DNA of 64,000 bases from Candidatus Culexarchaeum nevadense (GCA_025060975.1 JANZKA010000002.1:5629-69628), one strand, 5' to 3'. Shown: positions 9,328-19,182, counted from the stretch's first letter. Made by a program: numbers and translations. Notes: a model not told the origin generated them from the letters alone.

Positions 9328-10986
9328 TTACCTCACCCCAATTATTTCTCCTGTTTCTGGATCTAAATCTATGTTTTCAGCTGCAGGTTCACTGGGTAGT
9401 GCTGGTAGTGTACTTATCTCTCCACAGTATGCTACTAGGAATCCTGCTCCAGCAAATACTTTTACATCTGTTACAGTTATCTTGAATCCTCTTGGTCTTC
9501 CAAGGATTTTTGGGTTGTCTGTTAATGAGAGTGGTGTTTTTGCCATGTTTATTGGGAGATTTGAGTATCCCCATCTATTTATCCTCCTAATACTTGTCTT
9601 GGCTTCATCTGTGAATATTACATCGTCAGCTCCATACATTTCCCTAGCTATTATCCTTATCTTTTCTTCTATTGGTAGATTTAATTCGTATAGTGGTTTG
9701 AATTGAGATTTCTCTCTATTAATGGTTTCAAGTATTGTGTTTGCAAGTTCTATTCCACCCTCTCCTCCCTTAGCGTAGACTTCTGAAACTGCTACTGGCA
9801 CGTTTCTTGCTTTACACCAATCTATTACGTACTCTATTTCTTCAGTGGTGTCTCCCTCGAATTTGTTTATAGCTACAACTGCTGGAACTCCAAATTTCCT
9901 TACATTTTCCACGTGTTTTTCAAGGTTTTCCATCCCCTTCTTTACAGCTTCTAGATTTGGTTTTTCATGATCTTTTGCTCCTCCATGTTCTCTTAGAGCT
10001 CTTATGCTAACCACTATTACCCCTACATCTGGTTTTAAGCCTCCTATTCTGCATGGAATGTTGCAGAATTTTTCGAATCCTAAGTCTGAGCCGAATCCTG
10101 CTTCAACTATCACGTAGTCTGCAAGTTTTAATGCCATTTTTATGGATATTAAGCTTGGGGATCCATGTGCTACATTTGCGAATGGTATTCCATGGACGAA
10201 GGCTGGGGTTCCCTCCATGGTTTGAACTATATTTGGTTTTAATGAATCCCTCATTACTGCAGCCATGCATCCCACACATTTTATGTCACTTGCTTTAACG
10301 AGTTTTCCATCTTTACTTAATGCCACCAATATGTTTCCAAGTCTCTCCTTCAAATCCCCGTAATCGCATGCTAGTGCATGTATGGCTGCAGTTTCACATG
10401 CTGTTGTTATTTCAAATCCAGTTTCCCTAGGTATCCCCCCCTCCTTTCCACCTAATCCTATTACTATGTTTCTTAATGGTCTATCTTCCATGTCTTGTAC
10501 TCTTTTTATGAATATGTTGTGTATGTCTATTTGTGGCTCTTTCCCTCTATATATGTGGTTGTCTAGCATGGCATTCATTAGATGATGTGCTATTGTTATT
10601 GCATGTGTGTCTCCTGTGAAGTGTAGGTTTATTTCTTCCATGGGTAGTATTTGAGCTTTTCCTCCTCCAGTAGCTCCCCCCTTTATCCCAAAGGTTACAC
10701 CCATGGATGGCTGTCTAACGACTACTATGTTCTTTAAGTTTAATCTCCACATTGCTTCTGAGAGGCCTATGGCTGTTGTGGTTTTCCCTTCACCTGCTTT
10801 TGTGGGTGTTATTGCAGTTATCACTATTAATTTTCCATCAGGATTCTCTTTAACCCTATTATATACTGTTAACTTTACTTTGGCTTTATAGTCTCCATAT
10901 AGCTCGAGGTCTTCCCTTGTAAGCCCTATTTTTGCTGCAACTTCAGTTATGGGTTTTAGGGGTGTTTTCACCTGCACATTTTTCAC
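9328..10986 (-). CDS. fhs: formate--tetrahydrofolate ligase
   Basis: ITPTKAGEGKTTTAIGL nucleotide-binding motif, 552 aa, FTHFS-like throughout. GGTGA ribosome-binding site 5 nt upstream of the ATG. Confidence 0.92.
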   Translation of the reverse strand: MKNVQVKTPLKPITEVAAKIGLTREDLELYGDYKAKVKLTVYNRVKENPDGKLIVITAITPTKAGEGKTTTAIGLSEAMWRLNLKNIVVVRQPSMGVTFGIKGGATGGGKAQILPMEEINLHFTGDTHAITIAHHLMNAMLDNHIYRGKEPQIDIHNIFIKRVQDMEDRPLRNIVIGLGGKEGGIPRETGFEITTACETAAIHALACDYGDLKERLGNILVALSKDGKLVKASDIKCVGCMAAVMRDSLKPNIVQTMEGTPAFVHGIPFANVAHGSPSLISIKMALKLADYVIVEAGFGSDLGFEKFCNIPCRIGGLKPDVGVIVVSIRALREHGGAKDHEKPNLEAVKKGMENLEKHVENVRKFGVPAVVAINKFEGDTTEEIEYVIDWCKARNVPVAVSEVYAKGGEGGIELANTILETINREKSQFKPLYELNLPIEEKIRIIAREMYGADDVIFTDEAKTSIRRINRWGYSNLPINMAKTPLSLTDNPKILGRPRGFKITVTDVKVFAGAGFLVAYCGEISTLPALPSEPAAENIDLDPETGEIIGVR

Positions 10987-11024
10987 CTATCTCGAATTTT
11001 TGTAATATTCTACTTTGGATTAGG

Positions 11025-11032
11025 TATATAAA
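11025..11032. promoter_or_regulatory. candidate TATA box in the 76-nt fhs/mtd divergent intergenic region
   Basis: TATATAAA lies 31-38 nt upstream of the mtd ATG (11063) and 40-47 nt upstream of the fhs ATG (10986) on the other strand. It is the only strong TATA-like element in the gap. Confidence 0.3.
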
Positions 11033-11062
11033 CTTGGAGGTTTACTTTCTAAGGGTGTCCAT

Positions 11063-11920
11063 ATGGGTTTTACTGGGAAGGTTAGGGTTGCCATAGTGAA
11101 GTATGGTTGTATAGGTAGTTCTCCATTAATTGAGATAATGCTGGATGAGAGAGCTAATAGGGAGGATATAGTTACAAGGGTTTTCTCTACTGCTGGTAAA
11201 ATGGAGGTTGATGATTGTTTATCTGTTAATGGGGATGTCGTATCTTTTAATCCACATTTGATTGTTATTGTAACTCCAAATGCAGCTTTGGAGGGGCCTA
11301 CTAAGGGTAGAATGGATTTGAAGGAGAAACTTCCAAATGTTCCAATAATAGTTATTTCTGATGATCCTGCTAGGAAGGCTATCAAGGATATGGAGGAGTC
11401 GGGTTTTGGTTACATTATTGTTAAAGCTGATCCCATGATTGGTGCTAGGAGAGATTTCCTCGATTCTACTGAGATGGTTTTATTCAATGGGTATTTGATG
11501 ATAGTTTTATCGGCAACTGGTGTTGTGAGAATGCTTGTTTCAGAGATTGATAAGGTTATTGATGCCATTAAGAGTGGTGGTGAGGTTAAGCTTCCAAGAA
11601 TTGTTGGTGAAGCATTGTTTGTTGTTGAGAATTATGGTGGCTTCACTAATCCATATGCTAAGGCTAAAGCCATTGCCAGCTATGAAGCTGCAGCTAGAGT
11701 TGCAGCATTATCTACTGCTGGTTGTTACACTCTTAAGGAGAGGGAACAATATCTTCCAATGGTTGCCGCTGCACATGAGCTTATGAGGATTGCTGCCATA
11801 CTGGCTGATGAAGCTAGGGAGATTGAGAAGTATGGCGACACGGTTTATAGGACTCCACATATTTCTAGTGGTGAAGTTAGGTTTAAGGTTAAATTGATGG
11901 AGGAAGCTAAGAAGAGGTAG
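11063..11920 (+). CDS. mtd: F420-dependent methylenetetrahydromethanopterin dehydrogenase
   Basis: From memory, aligns along its length with methanogen Mtd: KYGCIGSSPLIEIMLDERANREDI, GFGYIIVKADPMIGARRDFLD, NPYAKAKA, ADEAREIEKYGDTVYRTPH. Length 285 aa. Confidence 0.85.
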   Translation: MGFTGKVRVAIVKYGCIGSSPLIEIMLDERANREDIVTRVFSTAGKMEVDDCLSVNGDVVSFNPHLIVIVTPNAALEGPTKGRMDLKEKLPNVPIIVISDDPARKAIKDMEESGFGYIIVKADPMIGARRDFLDSTEMVLFNGYLMIVLSATGVVRMLVSEIDKVIDAIKSGGEVKLPRIVGEALFVVENYGGFTNPYAKAKAIASYEAAARVAALSTAGCYTLKEREQYLPMVAAAHELMRIAAILADEAREIEKYGDTVYRTPHISSGEVRFKVKLMEEAKKR

Positions 11921-11998
11921 CAACAAGTTTTTTACTTACCATATACACTTTTTTATTTAATTAATAAGGACTTTTGGATGATAGTTTAGGGGTGTGTA

Positions 11999-13708
11999 TT
12001 GGTGGGCAGATGGGTTGTATGTGCAGCTTGGCCTTATGTTAATGCATTCCCCCATCTTGGGACTATGGTTGCATGTATAGTTTCCCCAGATGTCTTTGCA
12101 AGATATCTTAGGGCTAAGGGTGAGGATGTGGTCTTTGTTAGTGGTTCTGATGAGCATGGCACGCCCATTGAGGTTGAAGCTAGGAAGCTTGGAATTCATC
12201 CTAAGAAACTTACAGATCAACTTCATGATTATGTTGTTAAATTGTATGAGAAGCTTGGGGTTAGCTACGATAATTACACTAGAACTGAGAATGAGATACA
12301 CATTAATTTTGTGCAGAACTTCTTCATGAAACTCTATGAGAATGGATACATATATGAGAAGGAGGTTTCACTCCCCTTCTGTCCGAATTGCAACATATTC
12401 TTGCCAGATAGGTTTATTGAGGGTGTATGTCCACATTGTGGTGAACCTAGAGCTAGGGGGGATCAGTGTCCCACATGTAATAGGGTACTAGACCCACTGG
12501 ATCTCATAGATCCACATTGTGTCTTCTGTGGCTCCAAACCAATTACTAAAACTACAAAGCATTGGTTCTTCGATCTCCCAAAACTTTCTGATAAACTTAT
12601 AGATTTCGTTATGAATCATAAGTTATTCTCTGATAGTGTAAAGAATTATTGTAAGATGTGGTTTAGGGAGGGGTTAAAAGCTAGATCTGTAACTAGGGAT
12701 AATTCTTGGGGTATACCTGCACCGTTTCCAGGAGCTTCTGGGAAAACTATATATGTTTGGTTTGAAGCTTTGCTAGGATATCTTTCAGCCACTAAGGAGT
12801 ACTTCCATAAGAAGGGGTGTGAGGATATGTGGCTTAAATACTGGGTTGATGGTGATTCTAAAACTGTCTTCTTTATTGGGAAGGATAACATTCCATTTCA
12901 TGCGATAATACTTCCAGCAATGCTCATGGCTTCTGGTGAAAGGTATGTTTTACCATGGCAGATTTCCTCTGTGGAATTCTTGATGTTTGAAGGTCAAACT
13001 TTCAGTAAGAGTAGGGGGGTTGGAGTTTGGATTGATGAGGCTCTTGAGATAGCTCCTGCAGATTACTGGAGGTTTGCATTGATTTTGATGAGACCTGAAA
13101 CTAGAGATTTAAACTTCACTTGGGATTCATTTTATAGGATTGTGAATTCAGAGTTGAATGATAATCTTGGAAACTTCATTCATAGGACTCTAAGCTTCAT
13201 ATACAGTAGGTTTGATGCGAAGATTCCAAAAGTTTACGATTTAGATGATAATGATAGGTCTATGCTATGGAAGTTAAGTTTCGCACCGAAGAATGTTGGG
13301 TCGTTGATCGAGAATCTTAAATTGAAATCTGCAGCTGAAGCTTTACTTGAATTTTCTTCAGCTGGGAATCAGTATTTGAATGATAAGGCTCCTTGGAAAA
13401 CTATTAAGGAGAATTACAGGTCTGCATCTACAACCATGTGGGTTGCTGCAAACGTTGTTAAGTCGCTTGCAATAATAATGGCTCCATTCATGCCGCATTC
13501 TGCTGAGAAGGTTTGGGGATACTTGAATCTAGGTGGTTCTGTTCACAATGTAAGTTGGGATGAAGCTTCAAAGGCCAATTTAAGGGAGGGGCACGTCATA
13601 AATAAACCTGAACCAATATTCCAAAAGCTTCCAGAGGATTTCGTTAAAACTATAGGTGAAAAGTTAAGGGAAATTCGACTTAAACTTAAAAGGCCTGAGT
13701 TAGCTTAA
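11999..13708 (+). CDS. metG: methionyl-tRNA synthetase
   Basis: WPYVNAFPHLGT (HIGH region), zinc knuckles CPNC/CPHC/CPTC/CVFC, TFSKSRG (KMSKS). GTG start. Confidence 0.92.
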   Translation: MVGRWVVCAAWPYVNAFPHLGTMVACIVSPDVFARYLRAKGEDVVFVSGSDEHGTPIEVEARKLGIHPKKLTDQLHDYVVKLYEKLGVSYDNYTRTENEIHINFVQNFFMKLYENGYIYEKEVSLPFCPNCNIFLPDRFIEGVCPHCGEPRARGDQCPTCNRVLDPLDLIDPHCVFCGSKPITKTTKHWFFDLPKLSDKLIDFVMNHKLFSDSVKNYCKMWFREGLKARSVTRDNSWGIPAPFPGASGKTIYVWFEALLGYLSATKEYFHKKGCEDMWLKYWVDGDSKTVFFIGKDNIPFHAIILPAMLMASGERYVLPWQISSVEFLMFEGQTFSKSRGVGVWIDEALEIAPADYWRFALILMRPETRDLNFTWDSFYRIVNSELNDNLGNFIHRTLSFIYSRFDAKIPKVYDLDDNDRSMLWKLSFAPKNVGSLIENLKLKSAAEALLEFSSAGNQYLNDKAPWKTIKENYRSASTTMWVAANVVKSLAIIMAPFMPHSAEKVWGYLNLGGSVHNVSWDEASKANLREGHVINKPEPIFQKLPEDFVKTIGEKLREIRLKLKRPELA

Positions 13709-13716
13709 ATTTTGGA

Positions 13717-14814
13717 GTGGAGTTGTTGAATTCACATAATATTCTTAGGGATAAGAGTTTAGCTTTGAAGGTGGCTAAGTACATAAATGAACGTTGTAGT
13801 AGGGATAAGTACACTATCATGCATGTGTGTGGTACACATGAATATACAATTACACATTTTGGTATAAGGTCGCTTATACCGAAGGTTGATTTGAGAGCTG
13901 GACCTGGATGCCCAGTTTGTGTTGCTTCACCAGTTAACATTGATTTGGCGGTTAAACTATCTCTTATGGATAATGTTTTGGTGACAACGTTTGGAGACAT
14001 GTTTAAGGTTAGGGGATCAAAGTTTTCTCTCATGGATTCTAAGGGTATGGGTGGAAGGGTTTCCATAGTTTATAGTATACATGATGCTGTGGAGTTAGCT
14101 AGGAGGAATCCGGATTTGGAGGTTGTGCATTTCGCCATAGGATTTGAGACTACTGCCCCATCAACAGCAGCCATGATATTGTCAAACCCCCCAGAGAATT
14201 TTTCAATAATTCCAACACATCTGCTAATACCTCCAGCAATGTTACACTTATTAAATTTAGGTGAAGTTAGGATTGATGGTTTCATATGTCCAGGGCATGT
14301 TTCAACGATAATTGGTGTTAAACCCTATTTGGGTATAGCATGTTCTAAGAGAGTTCCAATGGTTATAGCTGGGTTTGAGCCTTTGGATGTGCTTATAGGG
14401 GTTGCCATGCTTATAGACATGATTAATAATGGTGAATGTACTGTTAAGAATGAGTATACCCGTGCAGTTAGATTTGAGGGGAATGTTAAGGCTCTTGAAT
14501 TTATGGATAAAGTCTTCAAGGTTTCAGATGCATATTGGCGTGGTATAGGGTTCATACCAAATTCTGGATTGGAATTGAGAGATGAATTTTCAATGTTTGA
14601 TGCTAGAGTTAAGTTTGATGTGAATGTTGAAGCCGACTATAATATGCCTCCTGGATGTAGATGTGGTGATGTTCTTAGGGGGCTGATAATGCCTTGGGAA
14701 TGTCCACTTTTCGCTAAAGTTTGCACCCCTGAGAATCCTGTGGGTCCTTGTATGGTTTCTTTTGAAGGTTCATGTTCCATAGCCTATAAGTATGGTGGAT
14801 TCACTTTCCACTAG
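13717..14814 (+). CDS. hypD: [NiFe]-hydrogenase maturation factor HypD
   Basis: CGTHE, GPGCPVCV, GFETTAP and CPGHVS motifs. 365 aa, GTG start. Confidence 0.9.
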   Translation: MELLNSHNILRDKSLALKVAKYINERCSRDKYTIMHVCGTHEYTITHFGIRSLIPKVDLRAGPGCPVCVASPVNIDLAVKLSLMDNVLVTTFGDMFKVRGSKFSLMDSKGMGGRVSIVYSIHDAVELARRNPDLEVVHFAIGFETTAPSTAAMILSNPPENFSIIPTHLLIPPAMLHLLNLGEVRIDGFICPGHVSTIIGVKPYLGIACSKRVPMVIAGFEPLDVLIGVAMLIDMINNGECTVKNEYTRAVRFEGNVKALEFMDKVFKVSDAYWRGIGFIPNSGLELRDEFSMFDARVKFDVNVEADYNMPPGCRCGDVLRGLIMPWECPLFAKVCTPENPVGPCMVSFEGSCSIAYKYGGFTFH

Positions 14815-14921
14815 ATTATGAGTTTATTGAGCTTTAGGTAAGCTTGCAAAACATTTATATTCAACTTTAAACTATCTACTATAATCTTTAATTCGAATTT
14901 CAGTCTCAATGTAGGAAGGGA

Positions 14922-16751
14922 TTGAAGATGAAGAGGGATACTGAGAAATATGTTTCGATTAAAACTTTTGCTAGGTTAATTCCGTATATAAGGCGGTATT
15001 GGAAGGCATTTTCCGTATCTGTGATTTCAATGTTTCTAGGTTCTCAATTAACTACGATAGCTCCATCATTTATGCGTAGTGCTATTGATAATGGAGTTAT
15101 TAAGGGGGATTTTCAAATAGTCCTCTCATATGTAGTTTTGATAATAATTGTAGGTTTACTTTCCAGCGTGACATCTTTCTTTGAACGATACTACACTACT
15201 CTCTTTTCACAGAAGGTGGCTTTAGATTTCAGGAATGATGTTTTTAGAGCTGTTCAAAGACAGTCATTCTCTTTCTTCGATGAGGTTCCCATAGGGCAAC
15301 TTGTCTCCAGAATTACTGATGATGTTGAAAGAGTTGCTAGATTCCTATCATTCCCCTTGAGAAATCTCATTTCCACAGCCTTCTTGGCATCATTAGCTAT
15401 TGGATATATGTGGAGTATGAATCCGAAATTGTCAGCGATCGTTGGGTTGTATATGCTTGGGATAATGTTGATTAGCATTCGATATAACATGATCGTTAGG
15501 CCATTGAATATGGAGGCGAGAAATCAGCTTGGGATTTTAACGGCAATAACTGATAATAATATTACTGGATTTAGAACTGTGAAATCTCTGTCTGTTGAGA
15601 AAAATAGGCTTAATGCCTTCAATGTTGAAAATGAAAAGCTTTTTTCATTGTATATCCGTATAGCTAAGGTGGAGGCTCTTTATGGTAGATTGGGGCTTTT
15701 ACTGCTGATTTTAGCTAATATCACAGTGCTTTATGTGGGTGGTTTAGATATAATTAATGGTTCTTTCACTGTTGGAGGTTTAGCTGCATTTAATGCTTAT
15801 ACCCTCCTATTGATGAGGCCAGTATCGTTTATCGGATTTTTCATTGGAATGTTTTCCATAGCTATGACTTCAGCTAAACGTTTATTTGATATAATTGATA
15901 GAGTTCCAGAGGTTTATGAGAAGCCTAATGCCATTGAACTTCCACCAATTAAGGGTGAAGTTGTATTTGAAAATGTGTGGTTTGGTTACGTTAAGGATAA
16001 ACCTGTTTTGAAGGGTGTGAATTTACATGTTAAACCTGGTGAGAAGGTTGCAATTATTGGTAGAACTGGTTCGGGTAAGAGTACGTTGATAAGTTTAATT
16101 CCAAGATTCTATGATGTTACTGAAGGAAGCATTAAAATTGATGGTTATGATGTTAGAGATGTGAAGTTGAAATCTCTGAGGAGACAGGTGGCTATAGTAT
16201 CACAAGAGCCATTCGTATTTGCTGGCTCATTTAAGGATAACATAGCATTGGCAAAGCCTGAAGCTTCTATGGATGAAATTGTTAAGGCGGCAAAAATTGC
16301 TAAGTTACATGATTTCATAGCATCTCTACCCAATGGTTATGATAGTTTGATTGGTGAGAGGGGGATAACTCTCTCTGGTGGACAGAAGCAGAGGTTGACG
16401 ATAGCTAGAGCTCTAGTGGCTGGTGCAAAGATAATAATCTTGGATGACCCAACATCGAATCTTGATGCTAAAACTGAGAGGGAATTTATCGATGATATTA
16501 AGGGTATACTTAAAGATCATACTGTCTTTATAGTTACGCAGAGACTTCCATTGATGATGATAGCTGATAGGATTATTGTTTTAGATGATGGTAGAGTTGT
16601 TGAAGAGGGGACTCATGATGAGCTAATGTCAAAACGTGGATTATACTATAGCATATACGTTGAGCTTTATGCGAAGCAGAAAGCTGAATTGGAGAAGCTT
16701 TTAGGTGAAGTTGAAGCTGAAGTTGTTGGAAGTAAGGATGGTGGTGTGTGA
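14922..16751 (+). CDS. ABC exporter half-transporter (TMD-NBD), degenerate-site subunit
   Basis: Six-helix TMD followed by Walker A GRTGSGKST and signature LSGGQKQR. Walker B is IIILDDPTS (Asp replaces the catalytic Glu). H-loop is VTQRL (Gln replaces His). Start is TTG 14922 or ATG 14928. Confidence 0.88.
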   Translation: MKMKRDTEKYVSIKTFARLIPYIRRYWKAFSVSVISMFLGSQLTTIAPSFMRSAIDNGVIKGDFQIVLSYVVLIIIVGLLSSVTSFFERYYTTLFSQKVALDFRNDVFRAVQRQSFSFFDEVPIGQLVSRITDDVERVARFLSFPLRNLISTAFLASLAIGYMWSMNPKLSAIVGLYMLGIMLISIRYNMIVRPLNMEARNQLGILTAITDNNITGFRTVKSLSVEKNRLNAFNVENEKLFSLYIRIAKVEALYGRLGLLLLILANITVLYVGGLDIINGSFTVGGLAAFNAYTLLLMRPVSFIGFFIGMFSIAMTSAKRLFDIIDRVPEVYEKPNAIELPPIKGEVVFENVWFGYVKDKPVLKGVNLHVKPGEKVAIIGRTGSGKSTLISLIPRFYDVTEGSIKIDGYDVRDVKLKSLRRQVAIVSQEPFVFAGSFKDNIALAKPEASMDEIVKAAKIAKLHDFIASLPNGYDSLIGERGITLSGGQKQRLTIARALVAGAKIIILDDPTSNLDAKTEREFIDDIKGILKDHTVFIVTQRLPLMMIADRIIVLDDGRVVEEGTHDELMSKRGLYYSIYVELYAKQKAELEKLLGEVEAEVVGSKDGGV

Positions 16752-18589
16752 TGGGGTTCGGCGGTCCTCATGGTATGTGGAGGTATGGCGGTGGGAAGAC
16801 TGAAACTCCTGCTAGCATACTTTTAAGGAAACTGCTTAAACATATGTTTCCATACAAGTTTGCAATGTTTGTGATAATTACATGTATAATTGTGTCTTCC
16901 GTTACAAATCTCTTTTCACCCTATCTTTTGGGTTTAGCCATTGATAATTACATAATGGTTGGAGATATGAATGGTCTATTAAGGATTTCAGCTTTATACT
17001 TCTTAGCTATGGTTGGTAATTGGGTTGCAATGGCAGTTCAGGGATATGCTGTATCATGGATTGGTCAGAGGTTAATTTATGATCTGAGGAATAAGCTTAT
17101 GGAGAAGATAATGTTTCAATCGTTCAAATACCATGATTATAAGAGGGCTGGAGACTTAATATCCACAGTTATAAATGATACTTCGATATTAAGGGAATCA
17201 TTTATTTCAGGAATATTCCATATCGTTAGTGATGTATTCTCATTGATTGGTGTCATCATTGCCATGTACCTATTAAATGTCCCATTAACCTTGGTAACAC
17301 TATTAACATTACCTGTAATGCTGTTGATAGCATATGTTTTCAGCCGTAAGTTTAGACAGGCTTATCGTAGAACTAGGGAGAAGATAGCTGAAGTAACTGT
17401 TAGGGTTCAGGAAAGTATTTCCGGTATTAGGGTTATTCAAGCTTTCGGTAGGGAGGAGGATTCTCAAGCCAGATTTCAGATGAGTGCTACTGAGCAGTTT
17501 GAAGCTCAACTTCAAGCTGGAAAGCTGATGGCAATATTCTGGCCTACAGTAAGCTTCATTGGTAATATTGGCACCATTGTAGTGTTATTGTATGGTGGTT
17601 TTCTAAGTGCTCAGGGTAGGCTTGAGGTTGGTGTGCTTGTAGCATTCTTAGCTTATGTGACTAGATTTATGAATCCAATAATGCAATTAACCAACTTCTA
17701 CGATATGCTACAAGCTGCATTAGCTGCTTCAGACAGAATATTTAATGTTTTAGAAAGTGAGGTGGATGTTAAAGATGCTCCTGATGCCATTGAGCTTCCA
17801 AGGGTTAAGGGGGATATTAAGTATGAGAATGTGTGGTTTGAGTATGTTAAGGGGATTCCTGTACTTAAGAATATTAATCTTCACATTAAACCTGGTGAGA
17901 AGATTGCTATAGTTGGACCCACAGGTTCTGGTAAGACCACCTTGGTGTATCTGCTTGCCAGATTCTATGATGTTACGAGTGGTTCGATAAGTATTGATGG
18001 TATTGATATTAGGAAGGTTAAGCAGGAGTCTCTTAGGAAGCAGATAGCCTTCGTCCCCCAAGACACATTTCTATTCAGAGGGACTATAATGGATAATATT
18101 AGGATTGGTAAGCCTGATGCTACTGATGATGAGGTTATTGATGTTTGTAAGAGGCTTGGAATTCATGAGTTCATTATGAGACTTCCAAAAGGATATGATA
18201 CTGATGCTGGTGAGGCTGGTAGGAAACTATCTACTGGGGAGAGGCAATTGATATCCTTTGCTAGAGCAATGCTTAAGGATCCCCCGATACTAGTTTTAGA
18301 TGAAGCTTTAAGTGCTGTTGACCCGAAGACTGAGTACATGATTAAGTATGCTATAAGGAAGCTCCTTGAAAATAGGACTGCAATAATAATTGCCCATAGA
18401 TTGACGTTGGCTAGGGATTGGGATAGGATAATAGTATTGCATAATGGTGTAATTGAGGAGGAGGGTACACATGAAGAGCTTATGCGTAGACAGGGATTCT
18501 ACTACAAACTGTACACTACACAGATTAGTGAGGAAATTGTTGTTGAGGCTGTGGGTAGAGATGGTGCTGGCCGTAATAGTAGTAGCTAA
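16748..18589 (+). CDS. ABC exporter half-transporter (TMD-NBD), consensus-site subunit
   Basis: Walker A GPTGSGKTT, Walker B ILVLDEALS, H-loop IAHRL, signature degenerate (LSTGERQ). Start GTG 16748 or ATG 16751 overlaps the stop of the upstream gene. Confidence 0.88.
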   Translation: MMGFGGPHGMWRYGGGKTETPASILLRKLLKHMFPYKFAMFVIITCIIVSSVTNLFSPYLLGLAIDNYIMVGDMNGLLRISALYFLAMVGNWVAMAVQGYAVSWIGQRLIYDLRNKLMEKIMFQSFKYHDYKRAGDLISTVINDTSILRESFISGIFHIVSDVFSLIGVIIAMYLLNVPLTLVTLLTLPVMLLIAYVFSRKFRQAYRRTREKIAEVTVRVQESISGIRVIQAFGREEDSQARFQMSATEQFEAQLQAGKLMAIFWPTVSFIGNIGTIVVLLYGGFLSAQGRLEVGVLVAFLAYVTRFMNPIMQLTNFYDMLQAALAASDRIFNVLESEVDVKDAPDAIELPRVKGDIKYENVWFEYVKGIPVLKNINLHIKPGEKIAIVGPTGSGKTTLVYLLARFYDVTSGSISIDGIDIRKVKQESLRKQIAFVPQDTFLFRGTIMDNIRIGKPDATDDEVIDVCKRLGIHEFIMRLPKGYDTDAGEAGRKLSTGERQLISFARAMLKDPPILVLDEALSAVDPKTEYMIKYAIRKLLENRTAIIIAHRLTLARDWDRIIVLHNGVIEEEGTHEELMRRQGFYYKLYTTQISEEIVVEAVGRDGAGRNSSS

Positions 18590-18639
18590 AAAACTATTTA
18601 TCCAACTATTCCAATAACATATTAATTGGTGATATTATC

Positions 18640-19182
18640 ATGTCTGGTAGGAGGAGATGGGAAGACCCCTTTGACAGATGGTTTAGAGAGTTCTTCGAGG
18701 AAATTACTAGGAGATTTTCCATACCCACACCATATGAGCTCTTCGATCAAATTGAACGTGAATTTGAGGATTTAGAGAAGAGGGGGATTAGAGGGCCATT
18801 CATATATGGATTCTCGATAAGTATAGGTCCTGATGGCAAGCCCACGATCAAGGAGTTTGGTAATGTGAAGAAGTTTTACGGTAAACCAACAATTGAAGAG
18901 GAAAGAGAGCCTTTAGCAGATGTTTATGAAGATGAGAACACTATAACAGTAATCGTGGAAATGCCTGGAGTTAATAAGGAGGATATAAGGATTAGAATTG
19001 ATGGTGATAGACTTATTGTGAGTGCTCAAACTGGAGATAGAAAGTATTATAAGGAAATAACATTGCCTGCTAAAGTTAGGAAGGAAAGTGCTAAAGCAAG
19101 TTATAAGAATGGGATTCTAGAGCTGAAATTGGAGAAGGAGAAGGGTAGAAGGGAAGAGGGATACGAAATAAAGATTGAATGA
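18640..19182 (+). CDS. Hsp20/alpha-crystallin small heat-shock protein
   Basis: Alpha-crystallin domain ..DVYEDENTITVIVEMPGVNKEDIRIRIDGDRLIV..ASYKNGILELKL. GGTGA ribosome-binding site upstream. Confidence 0.85.
   Translation: MSGRRRWEDPFDRWFREFFEEITRRFSIPTPYELFDQIEREFEDLEKRGIRGPFIYGFSISIGPDGKPTIKEFGNVKKFYGKPTIEEEREPLADVYEDENTITVIVEMPGVNKEDIRIRIDGDRLIVSAQTGDRKYYKEITLPAKVRKESAKASYKNGILELKLEKEKGRREEGYEIKIE

Noticed and set aside
9328-9340. Fhs-FolD fusion by programmed +1 frameshift at AGG-TAA-A, analogous to prfB.
   Set aside because: The P-site codon AGG cannot re-pair well in the +1 frame (GGT), and the domain order is opposite to known C1-THF synthases. An ATT start with termination-reinitiation is the simpler explanation. 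The frameshift is mentioned only as an alternative under the folD finding.
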